64,000 nucleotides of DNA. It comes from Eledone cirrhosa (taxonomy: Eukaryota). The notes under the pieces were generated by a model. The model did not search any database and had not been told where the DNA came from. It was given only the letters and a program-made list of their open reading frames with translations. Made by a program: the position numbers and the translations under genes. The stretch is from the NCBI GenBank assembly GCA_964016885.1, contig OZ024741.1, positions 252,340,001 to 252,404,000 on the forward strand, read 5' to 3'. Positions within the stretch are counted from its first letter, which is position 1, and each line of letters opens with the position of its first letter. This document shows positions 53,482 to 64,000 of this stretch, piece by piece.

Positions 53482-54222
53482 CTGAAATATATTGAAATAT
53501 AAAAGCAATATTGAATTATTGTGAAGAAATGAGAGAGAAATAGTTTTTTAACTCTAATAAGTTTGTAACAAATCTCTTCTATCATAGCCATGTTGAAAAT
53601 GTATACATTCTATACTAAATTGTAACAATTCTGTTTTTCCAAGTTATATAAATAAGAGTTAAATGAGGTTGTATATATATATGGTTAAGTTTAAATAGAT
53701 TTATGACTGGCTTAGGAGTGTGGAAAAAATATACACCCTATACGGTACAATAAGCAGTAAAAATGTTCTGCATCCATTTTATGTAAATGGGAGATGAATG
53801 ATGATGTTAGTGAAATGTTATATATAGTTCAGTTTAAATAAATTACTCTTTATTATAGCCATTTGTAGATACTTAAATACAATCTGTACTAAAGGACTAA
53901 CTATAAATATGCATTCTTTACTCTTCCATAAACTGTAAATATACAATCTAATATATAGACTACTATGTATATATATATATATATATACAATCTGTACTAC
54001 AGATTAGATTGCATATTTCAAACAAATATATGTTTGAAATTCGATCATCAGGTGAGAATTTCATCTAGAACAATCATAAATAAAAACATGTTGAAAATAG
54101 TTATGTATACTCAGAATTAAAGATTAACCTTTATATATATATACACATTGCTACACATTAAAAAACAACCTAAAAATAATTAATTATCTAGCAAAAATGT
54201 TCATCAATATAACCAGCTTTTG

Positions 54223-55344
54223 TACAAGATTTGACCCAAAAGTAAAGATACTGATTTTCCTATGTACGATTTTGGTAATGCAGCACCTAAATGTATATAG
54301 GTGTGTTGCTTTTGACTTTGCCTACATGTACTTATTTCACCATAATCAATTGAGTCAGTCATGAGTTGCTGTCTATGTACAGATGTGTTTATAACCTATG
54401 CTATATTTATGATGCAGGAAAATATAGAAAAACAGTAAATGATCAAATTTGTCTGTAAAACTCAACAAATCTGCCACCAAAATATTTAATTGTTTAATGC
54501 AAGTTTATGGAGATGACACGCTATGTGGTAAGGTTTTTAAGTTGCACAAACTTTCAAATCTCATCAACAAAATGTGAAAATGGTGTGTGTGTGTTGATGC
54601 CAAACGATCGCCAAATAAGTTTTAGGGTGACTTCAGAAGAAATGGGCTTGGATGAAGTTCCCAGAATTTTATCAGACCATTTGCAGATGCAATAAATTTG
54701 CACAGAACTAGTTCCCAAACACTTGTAGATGGAAGAAAAAGTGAACCAGTTGGATATTTGTAAAGATTTGTTAGAAATACTCAAAATTGAGCCAAATTTC
54801 ATTTATAAATTAATAACAGGAGATGAATCATGATCCAGTGACAAAATGGTAAAATGAACAGTGACATAAAAAATTCTCTTATCTGAAGAAAGTATCTATG
54901 AACAGATCCAGAAAAAAAATGATGATTAACATTTTTTCAACAGCTGTGGTATTGTTCTCAAAGAATTTTTACATCCAAGTCAGTTAATCACACTTTAAGA
55001 TGTCTTGAAATGACTTCAAAAATGGGTCCAGCAAGTCTGAAAGGACATTGCAGGAGATGGGGATAATGCACCACAACAACACACCTGGACACTCAGCACT
55101 TTCAATTAGTGAATATCTGATGAAGAAAAACATTCCCAATCTTTCACATCCTCCCATCAGCCCACGTGTAGCTCCATGTAATTTGTTTACCTCTTCCCTA
55201 AATAGAAATTGAAGTTGAAAGGTCATCATTTTGGGACTGTGGAAAATATACTAAAAACTATGTGATTTCCTAAGGGTCGCATTTTGAAGGTGATTATAAT
55301 TTCATGTATGTCTAAATAAAACATATTTCGGGACAAATCTAGTA
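54223..55344 (+). mobile_element. Decayed mariner, paralogous copy duplicated with the unit
   Basis: Same element with homologous flanks as 44074-45129. Confidence 0.85.
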
Positions 55345-55672
55345 TATCATCATTTTACGTCCACTTTTCCCTGCTTGCAAGGGTGGGGTGGGAACTGATT
55401 CTGGCTTGATTTCTACAGCTGGATGCCCTTCCTAACACCAACCTCATTTACAGTGTGGGCTGGGTGCTTTTTTTACCGTGGCACCTCCACGACCGCTTTG
55501 CAGTGGAATGATATGGACCCCAGTCCCTATCATCTCATTCCTACAGCTGAGTAAACTGGAGCAATGTGAAATAAAGTGTCTTGCTCAAGGAAACAACGCA
55601 TCACCCTGTCTGAGAATTGAACTCACAACCTTTTGATTGCAAGGCCAATGCTCTAACCACTAAGCCATGAGC
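55345..55672 (-). mobile_element. tRNA-derived SINE family 2 copy
   Basis: Colinear with 35095-35420; absent from the paralogous position after the mariner at 45129. Confidence 0.8.
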
Positions 55673-56953
55673 CTCCATATCTATATGTAAATATATAAAT
55701 ATCAATATATATATATACAGAGAGAGGGGGGGGGGATATAAAATTGAGAAATCTCAATGCTAGAATAGTCAAAAGATTTCAATGATAGCAATGAGTAACA
55801 ATGCCTCAGAGGACAGAGACCAGTGGACTGTTGACCACTGCCCACTGGTCTCAGTCACTGAGGCATTTTTTTTCATTGCTGTCATTGACAGCATTTGGCT
55901 ATTTTAAAAGCTGTTCAAGCATTGAGGTTTCTCATTTTTCTATGAATCCCAATATACTCTTGTTTCATCTCAATCAGAGGCAACATATTTATTCATATAT
56001 ACATATGTATATATAGCTAATGTTATACACTAAAATCAAAATATACAATGCCTACCTAATAATAAAATTTCAATAAATGCACGGTTCTCAATCATAAACT
56101 ATGAATAATGAATGAATCAGGCACGCAATATGTGTTTATGTCAGAAATTTATCAACGACACAGTATCACATGAATATGTCTGCTGTCATTTTCAATATAC
56201 AGCACCGTTTCAGTGGGAATTTATCATCATTATCAATAATATTATCACTACAATTTTTTGGTTGAATAATCCACACAATAGAGAAACAGAATCCACTTAG
56301 TTGTATGACAGATTCGTATTGTCTAAAAAGTAATATATTTTGGTGTCTGATTAAAGACAACAACATATAAATCTAAGTCTGACATCAGAACGATATCTGC
56401 TGTTCTGTAATGGTAGATTCATTAAATTTTCTTTCATTATTATGTCAAGATATTTCTAAAATGTTCTTAAAACATCATTTAACAATTATGACATGATGAA
56501 ATATATATATCAAATTTTACATTAGAAATATTTCTGCATATATAATAATAATGTGATTAGACTATCTATAGTAAATTAAGAAGAGAAATAATATAATTTA
56601 GATGAAATGGAGAAGAAACGAAATGCTGTGGAGACAAAATGGAGACTTAGTATTAAGTATTATTTGTAGTTACAATAACAACACTTTTAAATTAAATTAA
56701 TAAATAATATAGTAAACTAATGCAATAGTCATTAGCTATATATAACTAGTATATTTCTAACACTGAATTATGAAATAGTGTAATAATAAGTTAGTATTTT
56801 ATACTAATATGTAAGTTATATGTGGAACAGCAGACGGTGGTATTTCTCAGTGCTAGAAATGATCTTTTATAAATCTCTTAATTTCTTATATGTAATATTT
56901 TCACACATTATATCAAATATGAAATATGTGAATAAGACAAAATGTACACTTAC

Positions 56954-57236
56954 CTCCATTGTCTCATCCATAATCTATGTCTGTGTATGATACTCTGTGT
57001 TAGTGTGTGGTAGAGTGTGATAGTGTGTCTAAGGTAGTAGTGGAGAGAGGGATCACAAGATGTAACTACTACTGCTGCTGTTGTTGTGTCTGCTGCTGTT
57101 GTTAGTGCTGTTGTTGCTCTTTCTGTTGCTGTTGTTTCTGCTGCTGCTGTGTTATTGCTGCCCTTGTTACTGCTGCAGTTGTTGCAGTTGTTGTTATTAC
57201 TGCTGCTGATGTTCCTGCTGCAGCAGCCTACTGCAC
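56954..57236 (-). other. Putative first exon A for P4
   Basis: GTGCAGTAG...triplet tract...ATTATGGATGAGACAATGGAG|GTAAGT. Confidence 0.65.
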
Positions 57237-57539
57237 ATACACAATATTACTACACATATTCTACAGTATACTCCAATGATGTGTCATAAGGGATGTGTGT
57301 CGTTTGTGTGTAGTGAATAGTCTATGTATGAGTTGTGTAACAATATGTCATTTAGTACAATTATAAGGTGTATTGTGTATGAATATATATATTTCATATA
57401 TATATATGTATATATGTATGTATAATAGTCCAAGATATGTGAGCAAACCTCTCTGTTATCTTGAGTTTTGTAGAGAAATGATGGATTTTTATTTCGATAT
57501 ATTGTGTGTAAGCAGGCAATGATGATAATTATAATAATC

Positions 57540-57580
<41 letters not shown>

Positions 57581-59154
57581 CCTTAAAACAGGGTATGTAA
57601 CTGTTATAATATCTGGATTGACAGTACAATGATTGTATCAGTGTGTGTGTATGTGTGTCTGTGAATCTATAGTATATGTCTGTGTAAATGCCTTCATGGA
57701 ATATTTCACAATGATAAGATCCTGACACAATATTCCTCAGTCTCTTTCTTTCTCTTTCTGACGTTTTCTCTGGTAGAGATGTGTTTTTATTTTTTAATTC
57801 TTGTTGGCAACTGGAACAGAGAAAACAACATGTAGAAATCAACAAAATATTAGATTTCAGACATATCAAATATATCATGTCTGATCAATGTATGACATGT
57901 AATATGTCTGAAAACTATGACTTGCAATATGTCTGACCGATATATGAGAGTCAATTGGATTAACTAACTCTATGACTTTTATGGCTGATAGATGTCTGAT
58001 CAATGTATGAGATGTAATATATCTGAACAAATGTGACTGACAATGTAGTTGACCAATATATAACAGACAATAGGGCCAACCAAATCTATGACTTATTATG
58101 TCAAATCAATTTATGACAGACAATACACATTCTATGATAAGCAACATATATAACAAATTTATTCAGTCATTATGTCTGACATACAAGTTATGACAATGTT
58201 TGACCAACATAAAAGAAATATTATGCCTGACAATTTTATGAAACACAATATGTCTGACCAATGTATGAAATATATTATGTATGACCAATGAATGTCAAAT
58301 AATACATCACAAATGTATGACACAAAAGATGACTAAGAGACGTTATGTCTGCTCAATGTTTAATAAAGAATATATTTTAAAAATATATATCATATATTAT
58401 GCCTGAATGTTTATAGAAAGTATTATGCCTGAACAATGTATGATGAAAGACATGTCTGACCTATGTTATGTCATCCAATGTATGACAAACACTGTGTTCA
58501 ACCAATGTATGTCAAACTATATGATTGATAAATGTATGACAGTTAATATGGCTGACCAATGTACAACAGACATAACATCTGAATCAATGAATAATAGGCA
58601 TAATGTCTATTTAAATGTAAAATCAATATGTCAAACCAAATGTATAACATATGACAAGACAAAACAAATTTATAAAAAAATACAATATGTCTGCTTAGTG
58701 TATGACATACATTGTGAGAGTGTTGTATGATAAACATTATGTCTACCTAAAGAGAACAAATAATATATCTGACCACTGTATGAGAGATGTTTCTAAGCAA
58801 TGTTTCAAAGATATTAGGCATGAACAATGCATGACAGACAATATGTCAGATTACAATTGATGGTTTGTGAGAGAGGACAGAATTTTAAATAAAACTGAAG
58901 GAGAACATACAACTGATAATAATGATGATGATCATAAAAGAGGGGAAGGAAGAAACAAAATGATTAGAAGAAGATCATGTTGAATTTAAATACAATAGCA
59001 AGATAATGTTGCTCATAGTGATGATTATGATGATGATTTTTACATTATGTCTAACTTCTCTCCTGGCGATTATGTTTTGAGACAATTCTTATATAGAGAT
59101 GATGTTATATATAGAGAGAGAGAGTTAATATATAATATATAAAATGTGACTTAC

Positions 59155-61581
59155 CAATACTGTATTTTGAGGACTTTTCTCCAGGGTACCTGTGTCTATC
59201 CATTCACTCTGAGATTCATACTGGGGGTAGAAATCTCCCTTACATTCTATATACTGGATGTTTCTATAATTCAAATCTGTAGAATACCTCACTGGGGTAC
59301 CAGGAACACTGCTGTTGCTGCTCTGACATGGTAAAGGTTGATCAATTCTGTTACATATAGCTGACCGATCAACACCTCTCCTAGTGGCCTTTGTAGATTG
59401 AGACTGACCACTGCTACATTTCAAAATACACAGTGTGATAGACACTACAATGACCACAGCCACTATTACAGCTGCTACTATAATTATAATTAATATTGGT
59501 ATATCAAATATTTTCTTCTTCTCTAACTGGACAGTGGTCATCTGTGGTGCTGTTGTCTTATTGGTGACCTTTAATGATAAAGACACAGTAGTTGTGGCTG
59601 ACATCACTGGGGTACCAGAATCCTTGACCACAAGTACCAGTTGATATGAGCCAGCTTCATTAAGATGAGGTGGACGTGAGAAAGACATTTGACCAGTAAA
59701 AGAGTTCAGTGTAAACAACTGTTTATTATTACCATCAAGTATTCCATATTTGAGGAAGGCATTTAAATGACTGTCTCTATCAGTGGCTTTAATCACAGTG
59801 ATGGCATTGGTACTTTGTGGATGGTAGTGGACATTGATATGGAATGGGTCAGTTGTAGGGTAGATAAAATATGGACTATTGTCATTTCTGTCTAAAACCT
59901 CAATAACAACATTGGCTGTATTATTCAATGATGGTTGACCATTGTCTTTGACAAATACTTCAAATTTATACATGTCTTCTTCTTCTCTATCTAATGGTAT
60001 GTTGCTGGTAATAAAACCATAGTCACTCACCTTAAATGGTATATTATTTCTGTCTTTACTTAATATTGAGTAAGTTAGTTGACCAGCCCTTCCTAGGTCT
60101 AGGTCAGTGGCATTAATAAAACCTATAGGAAAGTTAGCTTTACCATTCTCATAAGTAAGGAAGTGGAATTTATCTTTGGTAAATTGTGGTTTCACATCAT
60201 TCACATCCATTACTTCAATAGAAATCTTTCTCTCTGCCTTTAAAGGAGGACTTCCATTGTCTTCACATACAAGTTTTATGCTAAAATGGTCCGATGTTTC
60301 TCTGTCTAATGATTTTTTCAAAGTAATTTTATATTCCTTAGATTCTAAATGTGAGAGGACAACTTTATCATGTTTTAAATTACAAGTCACCTCTCCATTC
60401 TCTCCTACATCATTGTCCACGACATTGACATAAGCTATATAACTGCCCACTTTAGTTCCTTCATAAATTGCTGCTGTATCCTTCTTTAGTTCAGACACAA
60501 AATTCATATCAATTTCTGGGGCATGGTTCTTTTCATTAAGAACATTCACCCGAACAATGGCTAAGGAATTTAGTGGAGGAGTCCCACCATCTTTGGCCTC
60601 TACATATAACTTTAGAATTTTCTTTTTTTGTGATGTAAAATGTTTTTTTACAAACAGTTCCCCATTTTGATGGTTTATTTTAAAGTAGCCTCTTGTGCGC
60701 CCTGGAGTTTTTGAACTGATATAGTAAGTAACTTGACCATTCTGTCCAGAATCTGGGTCTTTGGCTGACAATGTTACAATAGGAATATCATTAGCATGTG
60801 TATTTTTGATGGAAATATTGTAGATATGTTTTGAAAAAACTGGCGAGTTATCATTAACATCAATTATTGTTATATGAACATGTAAAATTCCTTGTTTTGG
60901 AGGTTGTCCTCCATCTTTAGCTATCACTTCTAGATTATAACTATCTTTTAGTTCCCTGTCTAGTTTGTCTCCAAGAATTATTCCTATTTTAGCTCCACCT
61001 GTGATAGTTTTCCTAACAGACAATATAAATGGTTCATTGAATTTTTTCTTCAATTTGTATGTAATTTCTGAGTTCTCCATTCCAATATCTTTATCAAAGG
61101 CATCTGGTATTAACTCTTCAGCACCTTCACCATCTCGCTCATCAAATGTGAATTCTACCTTTTTCTGTGGAAACTTAGGGCTATGATCATTGATGTCTTG
61201 TATAATGACTTTAACTTTTATGATTTTCAAAAATGTCTTCCTTTTATGTACAGCAACTTTGATGTATCTAAAACAATCTGATTCATATGTACAGAGTTCC
61301 TCAGCATCAAGTGTTTTTGTAGTGTACAGTTTACCATCTTTTGTGACATTAAACAAAGAATCTGTTCTTTGTCGCTGTATTTGGTTATATGTGATGAAGT
61401 TATTTTCTACAAGTGAGGCACTATTCTCCATCTGTGTGTCAGCAGCAATATCCCCAACAAATGTAAAGGGACTACTTTCTTCTTCTACATGGTAGCTCAG
61501 ATCAACACAGACACAACTGTGTAGTAATAGACTGAGGACATTAGCAAGTAAGTATGTATTCCACACACAGTCTACTTCCAT
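59155..61581 (-). CDS. PCDH: Protocadherin large exon P5
   Basis: ORF 59125..61584 (ATG at 61581); acceptor at 61614; phase-0 donor after 59155; 809 codons (2-aa deletion in EC1, QIQRQRTDSLF). Confidence 0.95.
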
Positions 61582-62869
61582 CACAGAATATTAAATCATA
61601 TCTTCTGTCTTTATCTGAAATTACAGGAAAAAATATAATTTTTTTTATAATATCAGCTAAATTTTTATGCTTAATATAGACTTAAAATAGATTACACATC
61701 TGCAGTAATAATGGTGCATGCATGAATGCAAGCATACATGTATATGTTTATTTGTGAATGAATTAATGTATGTAAGTATAGAAAACTCATGCCTAGAATG
61801 GAAAAATGGATGTTAAATCATGTTGATGACAGATACTGAAGTTCTGCTCGATATTATTCTCAAGGGAAAAACAAAGCTTCGTGAACAAACTCAAAGTAGT
61901 TGAGAATAAACTGATAACCATTCTAGTATGATGAAAATTCTCATAAAAGCTGAGTTAATGAATATGTGTACGTGTCTGTGTCTGTGTATGTTAATATAAT
62001 ATTTAGAGAATATAAATAATAGGATGAATATATGTTGTTATAGATATTTCAGATGATATCATTCATATGGTAAATGAAATAATTTATGCATTTGAAGTGG
62101 ATTTGCTAAAAAAATGAAAAAATATATATAATAGAAATGTTAACATTTCTACTTTGATGTCTTAATATACTGCTCATGATTACAATTCAAAGTATTCATG
62201 GGAGATAATTACTTTTATAGAATGTAGTTATTCTAATTATCTCCCTTAATGTATCATATTTTATATAGATTCTCCAGAAATTGTGGGTTGTAATAATGGA
62301 TTTAACACTAAAAATAAATCTTGGGTGATTAAAGATAAACATTTAAACAGTTTCACATTTCCATTTTTAAACTAAGATTCAAAGAAATGTAGATAAATAT
62401 TAAATAACAATTTATGGTGTATGATATTGTGTGATAATACATTAAGAGATGTTAGATAATACATTAAGAGAAAGAACTATGAATGTAATATTGTGATAGG
62501 GTACAGTGTCTCGATATCACAACATATCTACGAGAATTGATATATGTTAATGTGATATTGTGTCAGAGTATCACATCGTATATGAAGAGATGTATCTTAA
62601 TATCTACCAATGTGATATTGTTATTGGTACAGAAGGTCTAGATATCACATTATATATCAAGAGATGTAGCATAATATTTGTCAGTCGGATATTGTGTGAT
62701 AATGTAAAGTATATCTGGATATCACAATGTATATTAAATCATTTAATCTGTCATTTAAGAAATAAGTTAATTTTATATATTAATAAAATTTCAAATTTTA
62801 AAAATTATCAGATTTACAAAACAGGATTATTTCTTATTTAATTTCAAGTGAGATAATATGAAAACTTAC

Positions 62870-63035
62870 CAAACGTGGGAAATATAAGACATCCAAACTG
62901 AATGAGAAAACGTTTTTAAGTTGAACATTTCAAGTCATCCAATTTTGATAACAGAAGAATCTATCAGTTGCCCCCTGTATCCAATAGTAACAGACCTGGT
63001 CATTAATATATGGGTCCCTTCCATCAGATGTGACC
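62870..63035 (-). other. Putative non-coding 5'UTR exon B for P5 (166 nt)
   Basis: Diverged homolog retaining acceptor (TTTTAG|) and donor (TTTG|GTAAGT) while flanking intron has diverged more. Confidence 0.65.
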
Positions 63036-63352
63036 CTAAAATATTTTGAAATATATCAACAATGTATGAAAGGACAGAGAAATAGTTTTTATAGAAATAC
63101 ATTTGTAAAGAATTTCTCTACCATGCCTTATCATCATCATCAACAATGTTATCCTCCATTTTCCTCCCTAACATGGATTGGATGAATTGTCGCATAGTGA
63201 AACAAGTCAGATCAGATGACTGTATCTTGTTCATATAAACGGTTTTCTGGTTTGTTTCTATGGCTTGATGCCCTTCCCAACTACAATTATAGTGTGGACT
63301 GGGATAAGGGAGGTGCAAATCTGTAGAAAAAGGTGGAATGCTTCACATATAT

Positions 63353-63397
<45 letters not shown>

Positions 63398-64000
63398 TAA
63401 TAATAGTAATAAGTACAAAGACCAAAATTCAGACAGGTCACAATAAGGGTTATATATATATATATATGTATATGTACATATAGGAAGTATGTGAGAATAA
63501 TATTGATATTGAAATGTTATTTAACTGTCTTCATCTAGATAGATTTCTCATTGATATAATCACGATGAAAATAAATATAATCTGTACTACAGAATCAACT
63601 GTAAATAGACATTCTGTGCTATAGATGAAACTATAAATATACAGTCTGCATGCTGTACGAAGCTATAAATATTGTGAGAAAGTCTTTATATAAAAAGAGT
63701 TTGCAAATATATTTATATATTTATATATGTGTGTGTGAGTGTAAAATTGAAAACCTACTTTAGTTTATTGCAAATCTTCACAATCATCAATCCATTGGTA
63801 AAGATATTGTAAACGTTTGAATTAACAAACCTGTTTTTAACTGTTTTCAACTAAATCCCGACAGTAAAAAAAAATCATCAGAAAGAAACAAAAAGATACA
63901 AAATCTGTTTGTCAGAGTTAAAATCTGTGTTGTAAAGAGAACTGAAATTCCAGGAAGCAAGTCTGACATGTGTGAACAGATATAATGGTTTTCTATTCAT

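Overview
Eukaryotic, very AT- and microsatellite-rich genomic DNA. The repeat landscape and protein family point to a coleoid cephalopod, probably an octopod (inference). The window holds a tandem, same-strand (minus) protocadherin cluster of five large exons. Each encodes 809-811 aa (signal peptide, 6 cadherin repeats, TM, ~90-aa cytoplasmic part) and ends at an identical phase-0 splice donor (TTG|GTAAGT). No private downstream coding exon is recognisable in any unit. Between the large exons are recurrent non-coding exons (a CAG/CAA-rich exon A with a conserved ATG, and a ~168-nt exon B) that appear to be 5' leader exons of the next gene. This suggests variable exons spliced to shared constant exons beyond the left edge, as in vertebrate clusters. 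The paralogs are a patchwork: near-identical EC5-to-cytoplasm, with shuffled variable patches in EC2-EC4. A separate ~3.4-kb array of near-identical 310-bp monomers, inverted head-to-head, carries a minimal type I hammerhead ribozyme in each monomer (retrozyme/Penelope-associated). A decayed Penelope GIY-YIG remnant with its own decayed hammerhead lies nearby. Also present: RTE LINE fragments, two tRNA-SINE families, two mariner relics, hairpin elements, minisatellites and a 200-N gap. All exon structures are inferred by eye from splice signals and paralog comparison; no transcript data were available.
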